From assembly GCF_036588685.1 (NCBI RefSeq), contig NC_086385.1, forward strand, positions 23,273,216-23,337,215: a stretch of 64,000 nucleotides of DNA. Reading direction: 5' to 3'. The position numbers and the translations under genes are program-made. Source of the stretch: Mytilus trossulus (lineage: Eukaryota). A model generated the notes under the pieces. That model was not told the DNA's origin. It worked only from the letters and a program-made list of their open reading frames with translations, and did no database searches. Positions 50,938 to 64,000 of the stretch are shown piece by piece (the stretch's first letter is position 1; every line of letters starts with the position of its first letter).

Positions 50938-52251
50938 TAAAAAGAGTTATAAAGCAAAACAAGTACAAAGTTGAAGAGCTTTTAGGTTTAAAAAATTTAG
51001 AAAAAAATATATTAAAAAGTAATTATTACATATCAATAAAAAAAAGTATGTCCATCCTGCATTTATCGAGAGATTTCGCCAGAGTGATTTACATAGAATT
51101 AAAATGCATCTTTTGACAAGTGAAGTGATTGATCACAGAATTAATCAATAAATGTATCATCTCTCCAGACGAAACATTTACTACTCTCTAATACTGACAT
51201 AGTCCTTGTCTCAAGAGTAATTACTCATGAGTGCGTGTTAAGACAGTTTTCTTGTACATTCAACTGGAAAATAGTTACCAACCGCGTCAAGATGTGGAAT
51301 TCACTTGACACCAGACTCGGACTTCTCTTGAATTGAATTTTAAATGTACGTATTGTTATGCATTTACTTTTCTACATTTGCTAGAGTTATAGGGTGAGGA
51401 TTGAGATTTCATAATCATGTTTAACCCTGCCGCATTTATGCGACTGTCCCAAGTCAGGAGCCTCTGACCTTTGTTAGTCTTGTTTTTTTTTTAATTTTAG
51501 TTTCTTGTGTACAATTTTGAAATTAGTATGGCGTTCATTATCACTGAACTAATATATATTTGTTTAGGGGCAAGCTGAAGGACGCCTCCAGTGAGGGAAT
51601 TTCTCGCTACATTGAAGACCTGTTGGTGACCTTCTGTTGTTGTTTATCTATGGTCGGGTTGTTGTCTCTTCGACACATTTCCCATTTCCATTCTCAATTT
51701 AACGTAAAATCGTGGGATGCTTTTGATGAAAACATATGTTACAATTCAATTAAAGAGGCATGTCAATAACTTATTTGACTCAAGGAAACAAACCAAAAAT
51801 TATAAGTAATACAAGATATACACTTGTTTATTATATAAACTTTAATTGTTTTAGTTTGACCGTAGATCAGTACAAATGCATACCTGACAAGAGAAATTAA
51901 CACACGTCCTTCTATACACATTTTCAAAAAAATGGTTTATTGGTTGTGTGAACAGAAATTTCCCGGATTTTCGTGTCTTAAACTTTAATAGTTTCTCGAT
52001 TGTTTGTAACTTGTGAATGTGTATCGAATAGGTAATAAGTGCAAATAGAAAGAGATCTGTTGGACATTGTGTAACTGATCCTTCATGGGCTTGAAATTTA
52101 TGCAGACGCGAAACTTGATGAAATCACAAAAACTCATTCACAAAAAAAACACATCTAATTCAAAGATTTAGATGAACCGCATCATATCTTATTAACAGTT
52201 TATGGTTCCTTAGCTTGCTTCCTTATTCATGTGAAGTGTGTTTAGTACAAC

Positions 52252-52413
52252 TATAGTCAAACCTATTGTAAGACACCAGTTATATGAGAACAAAGAAGTG
52301 ACCTCCTAAGACATGTGGTTTTTAATACAAGTTCAATTTATATGAAATGTATTACAGAGGAATATAAAATGGTGGTCTTTAACACAGGTTTTGGCTTAAT
52401 ACAGGTTTGACTG
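52252..52413. mobile_element. Tc1/pogo-type MITE remnant
   Basis: tagtcaaacct...acaggtttgactg inverted ends. Confidence 0.55.
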
Positions 52414-54273
52414 TGTATAGAGACAAAACAGTATTTCAATTCTAGTTAAACTAATGGTTAGAGTCTATAAAACAGTATGTCAACAGATCAAAATAGGTAA
52501 ACGAATAGTGTTAAAGTTACAAAAAACAACCTTATAGTGTTAGATATAATTCTACTGCAGTTGGAATTATATATTTTGACATCAGCTTGAAACTATTGTG
52601 CGTGCTATGTCTAATTGGAAATTCCTTTAAAAAGAGCATTTGAACTTCTGTTAAATTCAAATCAATCCGGATTTCAATGACATATATACCGGCAACAGTA
52701 AAATATATGAAGAATATTAGATCCTTTTAGATTAAGTTAACATCAAATGACAGTTTTGACATTGACATAAAACTAACGACATTAATAGTATACCATTTAT
52801 AGAAGGGTGATGCTAATAAGATTGACGGGAAAATTGTATTCTAACGTACCACTTAGAGATATGAGATATTGCTCCGTATCCTTGCTAAATTTGATATCAA
52901 CAAGCAAATATCATAAATATAAAAATAAGGAGATTTGGTATGATTGCCCATGACACAAAAACCCACCTAACTTCAAATGAAGTTAATGTAACAGTTATAC
53001 GCAACCGTACAGCCAATAAGAAAGCCACATATCGTAGAGTCAACTAAAAGAGTCTTCGATTTTTTTTTATAAGAATTCAATTAAGGAAACCATCTGTTGA
53101 AAGCAAGTGTTCTTCAAAATAATCGACCTTCAAAGTTAACCTGTATAATTAGTTGTATTATTATGTTGTAAGCCACATGACTTGCTTCTCATCCTTAATA
53201 AACTTTAATAACCCTTTATTGGTCCGTTGGGGATTACTAGAGAATAGTATAGCGACTTATCAGCACAACACTTTCCCAACCAGCGTAAGTATTCAAATAA
53301 CCAATTAAACATGATGTCCTAATTTTCAGTAGATGTAAGCCCCCATGATACTCTTTGAAATTTAATCAAACCCACCCATTCGCAAGCGTCACCATGTGTC
53401 AGCGTGTAACCAATCACAACTTTATCATTTGCCTAAGTTTCAAAGATAGAGTAATTAGCAGTCGAAGCACTTAACTTTATTCGATACATTTTACACTTTT
53501 TCGATTTCATGCGTCACTTCAAGTAAAGGCGTGTTGCTATTATGCAGGTAAATTGAAGGGCAACATGTATTTTTAATGGATCATTCTTTTGCAATTTAAA
53601 AACCTACCAATCATTTAATTTTCAAAATTAATGTGTATATGAGTATACAGAGAACAGACACATACTTTATTACAAACAAAAAGGAAACAGTTATTAAATC
53701 AACTAAATAAAAACAAATCGACTTGAGTTTGTCTAGAACAGTTGTTGAAATGGGAAACATTACTGCACTCTTTACTCTGGCTTCTGAAACATCATAAATG
53801 ACACTTATATCAATACACAGTGTTGATAACACTGTTTACATACAAAAGAAATGAACTAATTAATAAACAAGTTATTCAATTTCTTGATTATTCTGAAAAG
53901 AAAATATGCGAAAACTAACGATCAACAATAGTAAAATCACAAAATACTGGATTCCGATGAATATTCAAAAAGGAAAGTCCCTAATCAAATGGCAAAATCA
54001 AAAGCTTAAACATATCAAACGATTGGATAACAACAATCATAATGACAAGAGAAACAACGCAAATTTAGAATGCAATATATCCGTTAGATGCGTAAAGGAC
54101 AGTTAGCCCAAAAAAGATGAAACAAATTTCATGTCAACGATTTTGAATAAAACAAATACATTATATGACTTTACTAAAAAAATGAACGTTATGATCCATA
54201 ATAATATCTTAAAGTGTATGAGATGAAAAGTCTCTTTTTCATGTTACATTGACATCATTTTGCTACGTTTTAT

Positions 54274-54492
54274 TATATAGCGGGTTATTTTGGTGGGTGT
54301 AAAATTTCGCGATTTCCATTGAATAAGGTATACGAAATATTTTGGCGGTTATTATTTTGGCGAATTCAAAACTTATATCAACACCTTTGCATGTACAGTT
54401 TTTAATTTGGCGGAATTTATTTAGGCGATTTTGTTTCATCCGCGAAAAAGAGCGAAAATTTACACCCCGTGAAAATAACCTGCTTTACGGTA
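54274..54492. mobile_element. Tc1/mariner-type MITE
   Basis: agcgggttattttggtgggtgtaaaatttcgc ... gcgaaaatttacaccccgtgaaaataacctgctttacggta inverted ends. Confidence 0.65.
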
Positions 54493-57400
54493 TATGAAAT
54501 CTTCGTCAGTGAAAAGGGAGGGGAGAGGCGTACATACACATTCAGTGTGCACGGATTTTTTTCCTCAGTCGATTTCAATTGTAAACGTAAAACATATGTA
54601 TACACGTCAGTTCAGTGTATTTATTTCGTTTTCATGGTAAGCTGAATTGGAGTAAGCTGAAATCTTCTTTTACAACAAACCCAAACAAGACGAATATTTT
54701 GACACCTGCTGAACCATCATATACTGCTGACAGAAGGAATATAGTTTTAATGAAAATATTAACTTAATCTATAGCCTTAGAAAGTAAACACATTAAAAGT
54801 TTTGCAAACTGTTAATTTATAAGTATGACCATATCAATGATAATTCATGTTTTTAACTCAGCAAAGAAGTGCTGAGTACTAGGTTGGTGAATTCTCGATG
54901 GAGACCCGCAGTGACTGACATTGGCCCAGTGTTTGATAAGGGACTTTCCGTCTTCAATTACAGGTTGGTTTTGTTTGGTATTTTGATATCTTACTTTTAT
55001 CATGAATATTGAATTGATCACATTAATGAAACTCTTTATAAATATATGAGAGAGAAGGAGTTAATAATCAAGCTGTTTGCTGTTACCCGTGCCAAAAAAA
55101 GTGGTTTAATCAAACGGTTAGTTACTTGAGCATTTTCACAAGGTAACACACTCTAGCTAATTATTAGAAATGAACGACAATGGTTATTATGGATTGACTG
55201 AGGAATGTTGGAACACGCGAACAAAAACTGAATAACCAAAAACTGTAGACACCGAATGCATTCTTATCAAACAGCGATTATGAGATTCCTTTTAAGTCAT
55301 TGAGGTCATATGATATACTAGAAATTTAGAAATTCTGACGTGCATTTATGATTATGATTTCGTCATTTAAGACGAAAATGCTATTTGAAATTTTGCGATA
55401 ACATTTTTTATTTTGTATAACTCATAAAAAAAAATTATTCAAAATGCCAGTTTAAATTATTGCTTTAATTTGTTAATCTGTCGCAATTTTGTAATAATAA
55501 AAAAATATCGCAATATTTTTTTAATTAACAGTATATCTCTTGAACAGTTGAGTTAATGGTTAATTGCATTTTGTCAAACATTATACATGTTATATCCTAT
55601 GAGAATTTTACAACATTTAAAGATATTGGAAAACAGTTGTGTTTTTGTTAGAAGAAACCAAGTTGAATCACAGATCGCTATGCGGTTATATGAATGATCA
55701 GATTTCAGATTTTGCAAATAATACTGCATCATATCTACAACCTTATAATTTTATTACTGACAGATTACTTGTTTAAGACAAATCGTGTGCATGTGCTAAA
55801 ACAATATTTTTATACATTGAAATGAAAAATGATCTGCAACAAGTTTCATGTTTGTGGAAGTAACCATCTGTGACAAATGATGTAATGAAATTCATTTAAA
55901 AATTTAATTTTAGAAGATTACATAGAAAATAAACAAAAGATACCAGAGTGAGATTTACACTCATAGATCGAAATAAACTGACAACGTCATAGCATCAAAA
56001 GACAAAAAAAGACAAAAAAGCAAATAACAGTAAACAAGACACAACATAGGACATTACATATTTAAGACATAGCCTTACAATTGACTCAATGTCCTCCAGG
56101 GGAATTTGTTGAGATAATTCTAATGTATTTGATACCTGTTGACCCCAACAACTTTAGTTATGTAAAATTTACCAACATAACTGTCCAGTACATTTTCATT
56201 GATACTTTATTCTATGGCCGCTAATAAGAACATGTCTTGTATTTAAAATTTAGCGTTTCCAGTGTGTGTCATGTGTTAACCTTCTATGAATTTGTAAGGG
56301 GTCAGAAATATGTAACCTTATCTACCGTATCTGCCAAGTTTTATATAAAACAACACAGCGAAATACAAAAATCTCAATAGATCACGCCATGATACTCCTA
56401 TGAAAACAGTTGAACCAATTGGTATCCAATGGTTATCACCATGTCACGTTATCAAACGAGTAGGAAACATTTGATATTAATTATATAAGCACCAAACTAT
56501 ATGAAGTAATATTTAAATAAAATAAATTTAAAAGAGTACTGGAAATGATTTTTTGGCAACTTGTTCAATCAAAAGACAATGTATGTGTATACTTGTTACT
56601 TGTTATGATTTTATGATTACTTGTTATGATTATAAATGTCATAATTTAAAAGGTAACAGTAATTGTATCTATCAAATGTTAAAGACAAAACACATTATTT
56701 ACGATCTTGAACTGGGAAAAAATAATGCATTTTTCAATCTGGCTTACAAAATTATATACATTGTGAAATTGTGGCACGATTGATGGATTTCATATTAAAG
56801 ACCCAGTGTTCATAACATATACAACAGGCAACAGAAATGCATGGAAAAAATGAAGAAATACAAAATTCTTACAAAATGTGAAATGAAAATGTTCGAAATC
56901 TACGAATTAACAAGGAAATTTACGATTTATTGTGTGTTTTATTGTACATATACAGTTAACATTTATAGGTCTCATCCGGGTGCTCCTAAACAGGAGGGAA
57001 TTACGAAAGAAGAAAAAGACAAGGAAGGGACAACATTCAAGTTTACTAGACATTACATTTATTGTTTTTTTGTAAGGAATGTACAGTTTGATAGATACCA
57101 CCCACACATGTATTCCCTTATGTTCTCTTAAAAGTATAAGAACTAAGATTTTATCTATGGTAGATTCAAAACTTATTTGCGATATAGTCTATCAAAAGTT
57201 AATCTATATTAAGGCTGTACAATTCAATGAATAAAATGAATGCTGACCCACTATATTGTGCTAGAGACGATACAAATCAGAATAGTTATTTTTCATTTGA
57301 TAATTTGAATCCAAAAGCTAAGAAAAATAAAATCTGAGAAAACACCTGCCAGATTGTTTCTAGAATTTCCTTTAAAGACCAAGATAGTACAGATTCAGAT

Positions 57401-60400
57401 AATGCTACATGAAAAACGTAATCGCTCAATATAAAAATTGTACAATTACTTGATATCTTATAATGGAACTACTCGTACACTATTTGACACCAATTATAAT
57501 GACATCAACTGTATATACCGTTGTTTCTTTAGTTTAGATTCAAAGTTCAATGCTAAGGACATTCAGGTGAGAGGTTAAGCTAGCAATCAAACCAGAGAAT
57601 ATCAACTATGTTCTACAAAGAAAATGAATGTAACAGTTCAGGAATATCACATTTGTTTTCCATTCGTTTGACATAGTTGAGCCTTTGATTTAACCATTGA
57701 ATAATGACATTTTCGAATTGAATTTTATATGGCGTTCAGTATTTTGTTATGTGACTTAATACATTTTTGGTGATTTCATGTTATATGTTCCATCAAAGAG
57801 TATTATTTATAAAGTCGATGTAACTTGCAGTGTTGAATAATTTAACGTAGAACGTAACTTACAACTAACGTCAATCAAAGAAAATTGTTCGTGTTGTTAT
57901 TTAAATATAATTCAGAGAATTTTTCTTCTGTTATGATAATATAATTACAGAATGGAAGCCAATATATTTAAAGGTTGACACATCTCGAACCATATAAAAC
58001 AATTAATATACTTAACAATAATAGACTGTCATAAGAAATACTGGTTCAGTAAACAATGCTCACAAACGTATAGGCTCATAAAGCAACAAAAACGGTACCA
58101 ATTTCCCAGCACATGATGATTACTAGTATTACGATTATCAATGCTTTTTTTGTCAGCAGAGATAAAAAAAATATGTAATAATATGCTTAAAACACGAAGA
58201 GCTTGTCAGACAACGATAACAATATTGAAGCCAGTGTCCGGCAAGGATTAGAAAGATACAATTTAGATTCATTCATTTCAAATGATTACCTTAATTTTGT
58301 AACGAATATCTAATAGCACACAAATTCAGTATTTGCATTAAAAGTTGAGATGAAGAGCTAACAAAATAACTAAACTGTTTATAATGTGTTATTTTCCGTG
58401 CTATTCCTTTCAGAATAAGATCTATAACATATTTGAGCTTTTAATATGCAACTGGCATATGTTATAGTTTCATTTTTCAATCAACTGACGTAAAAAGGGG
58501 ATGGCTTGTATAAACATGTTTATTTTCTACTTAGATTTAATTTTCATTTGAATACAATTTCACTTTAATAAAGAGTTGTGCTGTATTCCAACCAAAAGTA
58601 TAAATACGATATGGCGTTATTAATTGGCTACATACAAGGGATTGCTGTACAGTAATTGAAAGCATTAACACAACTGGTGTCATTGACTTTATGAGGCCTG
58701 AATGTTAAAATAAGCATTCGCAGCTAATAGAAAAATACGTTACATAATTATTAAAGTGCTATCGCTTTGATCAGCGACATATTGAGAAATAAAATAACAA
58801 CTAATTTCTCAAGAAATACAGAAATACGGAGTTTGTGCTAAGTTATGTAATGGAAAAGATTAATATTTAATATCTGTGTTAATAACACATCATTTTTAGT
58901 GAAATAAAACGTCACATTAATTTAATCGTACATTGTAGTAACCAGAATATCAATCCAAAAATGAAAATTAGAAACTTTGTTTAATTGTCAATCATACAAG
59001 AACTGGGAAATAAACCACAGAACAAGGATGGATGTAACAAATGCAGGTCATCGTTCGTCATTTGAACACAACAAAGCGTTTGCCATAAACTCAAAAGCTA
59101 TGAAAGACTTTGTAAACGAAAGTTTTAATTATGACTATTTGCAAATTATTCAACATGCCATTATTACATGAAAAGTGGTAAAGATAGTGGTTGGAAATGG
59201 TTATTCAAGTAAATTGCCTCTAACGCAATACATTTGTTTTAAAGATTTATTCCGTTTTACAGATGACCTACATTTATCCTAGGGTTCCAGTAATAATACA
59301 AGCTAACATTAAAAATCGAAGTAATTAAACATTATTTATAAAATACATATATATCAAACGGAAGATTGCACTTTGGTTTTAGACGCCTGTACACGAGTTT
59401 ACCCATAATTATGGCCAGAAGAAATAACGACGCACTTATACACGGATGTGAACATCCTCTCATTAACAAGAAACATCATCACCATGGCTTAAAAAGCTAC
59501 AAAAATATATATTGAACACAAAACGCCGCTATGTCAGTTTATATCCTGCTAATATTGATTAAGGCAAAGTTGATTTAGTAAGTTAATTGGAATAGCATAT
59601 ACATATACGTTCATATGCTTATCTATAAAAAAAACCCAGAAACAGACAAATAAACAAACAAACAAGCAAACAAAAATAAACCGATATGAACATTGAGTGT
59701 AATCACTTTTTTAAATATCTGGAATGATGTGATTTGTGCATTTGAACAGCTTGTATGGGTAGCCTTATTTAGAAACAATTAAAATGAAATTTCAATCAAA
59801 TATGCACCTGGAACCTAAATTGACAAACAAAACATATTTGTACTTTAGATTTAACAACAAATAACAGAATGTTTTTCAATTCATTAAGTACTATATTCCT
59901 CAACTTCAAATAGAATTACGTAAGATGCATTTTGCATTTAGAAAATGACAGTATCCGCCTTTTTATTGCAACAAATTTTAGATTTTTCCAATCGTATAAC
60001 ACAGCTGTAGTTTGTATATCGCCAAACCCTAGGGCAGTCACGACATTCTCCTTCGTGTTTACTGCCGCGATTAAGTACGAAGAGATAAATTAACTGAAAC
60101 AGATCTTCAGACATTCCAAAACACTAACAAAATAAAGAACCTCGATATTTGTTTGTGTGTTGTATAGAGATACACCGTATATCGTATTCCTGCATTGATC
60201 AGATTTAAGCTTATTTATCTGCTGGTTCTTTATAACACCCTTGTGTGTTAAAGTCTCAGTAAAATACAATGATAAGCTTTACTTGGAACGTAAGTATACC
60301 CCCGTAGCCAATAAATTTAATATTTACTTTACATAAATCTCAATCGTTGTTTCTGTAAGCGAGAATTTTAGTATCAGTTATAAAGTTCCACAAAGAAAAT

Positions 60401-63400
60401 GTCAATGTTTCTTCCGAAACAAGGAATGAAACATATCATATCGCATTATTTATAAAGGCTTATCAGTTACATTTGGATTTAATCTGTCAAGCTCGGAACT
60501 ATAATGCAACGTTAATTTTTTATATTAAACACCGGCCTGAATACGGATAAGAATATTCTTTTACGATATTGTCATTTTATATGAGAAGTGAGATGTACCG
60601 GTATTACAATACTTAAAGTGATAAGATCGTAGGTATGTGCCCACTATATGTAAAACGATTTGTTTGATGTCCCATATGTATTTTATCATAACAATGAATT
60701 AACAATATACATACTTAAAGTATATTACTAAAGAACTTATTGATTCCATAACTTGCAATCTTCAAAACGATTTTACATATTCAGAATGACAGGTGGCCGG
60801 ATTGGCAACACTGGCAGATCTTCTTAAAGTATGCACATTAAGATTAGCAAAAAGCATACGCGTGGAATGAACTCCAAACAGAGGGAATAAAAAAAAGTTA
60901 CCAGCTAGCAAATGAAATATTTGACGGAATCTTATAACAAAAAAAAAGTTCGAGACGTTAGAATCAAAGACAAATCGGTAATTTTATAGTCCAAATAAAG
61001 ATGACGTCTTGCAAGGTTTTCTTTTTTAATTTATTTTCCTGCTTTGACGCCTTTTGTGACGTCATAACCTTCAAGCCATGTTATCAGTTGGATTTTAAGA
61101 GATAATTTTGCTCTTTACTTTGAGACAACATTTTTTAGTCATCAGATTGTCATTGATTGCTGGAAATGTTTGCAAATGTACAAATGCGTACCTTTTATAC
61201 GTTTGCTAAGGAAATATTTTATCCTATAATTTCCAAAGAAAGTTTTAATAGATATAGGAAGATGTGGTGTGAGTGCCAATAAGACAACTCTCCATCCAAA
61301 TAACAATTTAAAAAATAAACCATTATAGGTTTAAGTACGGCCTTCAACACGGAGCCTGGGCTCACACCGAACAACAAGCTATAAAGGGCTCCAAAATTAC
61401 TAGTCCATATGAAGCAGACGACAATCTACTGTTTTTTTTCAACGTTTAGCTGTTTCATTTAAGGAGAGAATAACATAGATTTTTTCACCAACGTCGCTAA
61501 AATTGGACACAGATTTCAGGGTCGTTAGTTTTATTTGGTCATCTCATTCAGTTGCATTAAATGTTAGATATGCATTTCATGGCCATTATTGACTATCAAA
61601 CCCCTCTCAAACGACTTTCAAATAAAATCAAACACATGTATGTACTTCCTTGACTTACCAGGTTTATGTAATCAACAAGTGTAACACAAAACATACCCAT
61701 ATAAATATAAATAATGACTAACATTCTCCAATTCATGTAAAAAGAGGAAACTACATAAACAATGATAAAAAATACATCATTGAAAAGGAATTGTAAACAT
61801 TTTTCAATAAAAATTTGAGATTATAGCATTATCAAAAACTCTAAATGTTTAATTCATTTGATTTATATGGATCTACAATAAAGGAGTATTCGAAAAATTT
61901 TGGTTTATGTGATGAATCCTGTTTAATTTATTTAAGAAGAAAAAACGATAATCGAGAGGATATGTATTACAGAGACATGCTTTTTTTCATTTATCAACAT
62001 AACACAAAAAAAATAATGATGAAAATTATATTGTCGGCGAAACACCACTAATTTGGTTTGGGTTATTGTCTGATACTGACAGTTTTCCAGTAGCATTTAA
62101 ACGATTATAATAATCAAAGCTTACTTAGTTGGTATCACGTACTGAATCCGCAGAGTTATTTTCATATTTATCGTAATAGGTCACTAGCATACTGTGTTAC
62201 TTATATAATTGGAGCTTAATAAAAGTTAAGAAGACTTTGGACGACAAGGGATAGTCAATTCACTTGGATAGATCCAGCATTATTTTCGTGATGATACTAT
62301 CGAAAAGGACAGGCAAGCACAGTGAGTATCACACCAGTGTGAATATTTACATGTATACAAATTATCGTATTGCACAAACCTTCATCTAAATATATGTCTT
62401 TTACAGCATCAATACAGTTGAAACGGACTTCTGTTATTTCGATATTGTTAGTGTCATTAAAGACTGTGCATGCGAATCATACATGGTAATGATAATTATT
62501 TTTAAACTCATAAGATAGCAAGTATATTTATAGACGGTTTAGAGTGCGCGTCGGAAGCATGACATTTTAAACGTGTTGTTTTCAACTTTTTCGATTAATA
62601 AAACATGAGAAACATTTGTTTTGACAATATGAGTTTCTTCCACATATTTTATAATGTAAAAGACAATGTTTGGTATCATATCACGATTCGTGTCGTATTC
62701 CAAAAGTCATATTGACATCAATGATCTTGTTGTAGGAAGTAGATTTTTGCTGGCCTCTTGTAATGCAATATAATACAGAGATAAGATTTGTAGTATCGGA
62801 TTTGTTGTTATTAATGCCATCTTGATATATATAATTAATGTAAAGGGGATCGACTACATAAACTCTTATCTTTTATATACGATAAAACTGAAACAGGGTC
62901 TTATCAGAAACATTCTATGACATACAGTATATAATATATAATGCATGAGCTTAAGATTGACTGCTTTGTAAATCTGATTTATATCTTTTATTTGGAGAAA
63001 AAAAAATACAATATTTATATTTTGAAAGGTACTTTGACTATATACAATTATTGTGGGTGACAATTTGGCAGGTATATACTCCTTTGATATCTTCAACCAA
63101 ACATGGTACGAAGTAAGAAGAAATTATAAGGATCTAAGACTGTTATATTTTATAAAACAGTTTTATTTTTGTGTTATCATAAACTAGTTCGTTAGTTTTG
63201 ATCATATTCAAATCGATGTCGCCTTTAATTGGTGACTCTGAAGTGTGGGTGTTTGACCATTGTCGAAGACCGATAGTTGATTATAATTGTTATAATTAAC
63301 TTCAACTTCATTTTAACTGTGTTGGGTAGTTTTTTCGTTGTCAATCATGCTACGTATCCTTATTTATATGGTGTCAGTTGTCTAATGCCGTTGGTATATA

Positions 63401-64000
63401 GTAGGCGATGTTAGAACATAGATAACAATATGTTGAGTTGAAATCCCGTTTAGAAAACAAAAAATAATGTGACCTCTAGAAGGTGAAAATAAATGTGCGT
63501 ACACATCTATCTTGCAATACTACAAAAACGTCTTATAAGTAAACCACTCGGCTATTGTCTGCTCTGTTGGGTTGTTGTCGCTTTGACACATTCGATATTT
63601 CCATTCTCAATTTTACTGGTAGCAAAAATATTGTTTTGTTATTCGGAACATGATAAAAAAAAAAATGATAAGTATACAAAAAAATATATTGCTATTAACA
63701 TATAGCATCATATAGACTTTAACACTAAATGGAGTCTTTTTAATTGTTGCTGATTTTTTTAAAAACAAATCCTGAACAACGCCTGAAGATTTCTAGAGAA
63801 TATAGATAATTAAATTTCATTTTATTATGCACCAGATTGTAAGTCTTTTTTTATGCAATCACTATGTTAGCCTGTGCTCAAACCACTGGATAGTTTGAAG
63901 TGTCTATCATGGTGAATTGATGATTTCATAGCTGACTACAACATGAGAATATGCTGGGATATGTAAAATATATGCAGGGATAACACTGATCGTACAGCAT

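Noticed and set aside
60032-60090. GC-rich hairpin GGCAGT-CACGA...TCGTG-ACTGCC as an HDV-like ribozyme
   Set aside because: No valid P3/L3 or P1.1 GG could be assigned; it is only a simple hairpin.
61780-62400. Possibly decayed coding sequence (…YIVGETPLIWFG…)
   Set aside because: Stop density is compatible with random AT-rich DNA, and no family was recognised.

Overview
AT-rich, intron- and repeat-rich eukaryotic DNA. The repeat families look like those of a bivalve, probably Mytilus (inference). Most ORFs in the supplied track are spurious or are exon read-throughs. Manual splicing gives three genes. (1) A + strand secreted LDLR/YWTD-type beta-propeller (5159-~13961); a 13-nt segment in its fifth coding exon breaks the frame but supplies a new in-frame acceptor. 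(2) A + strand 103-aa secreted Cys-rich peptide (18545-28199), missing from the ORF track: signal peptide, beta-defensin/big-defensin-like domain, then a Cys-augmented somatomedin-B domain. (3) A - strand 331-aa six-exon rhodopsin-class peptide GPCR of the CCAP/NPS/vasopressin-related group (43928-34488). Between them lie decayed Penelope-like retroelements with an N-terminal GIY-YIG endonuclease (Naiad architecture) and TGA codons at conserved Cys positions, which points to selenocysteine. There are also at least seven minimal hammerhead ribozyme copies, Helentron-type non-autonomous elements carrying ~490-bp and ~166-bp tandem arrays, and several MITEs (Kolobok-, Ginger-, Tc1/mariner-like and unclassified). 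No prokaryotic features, rRNA, tRNA or CRISPR were seen.
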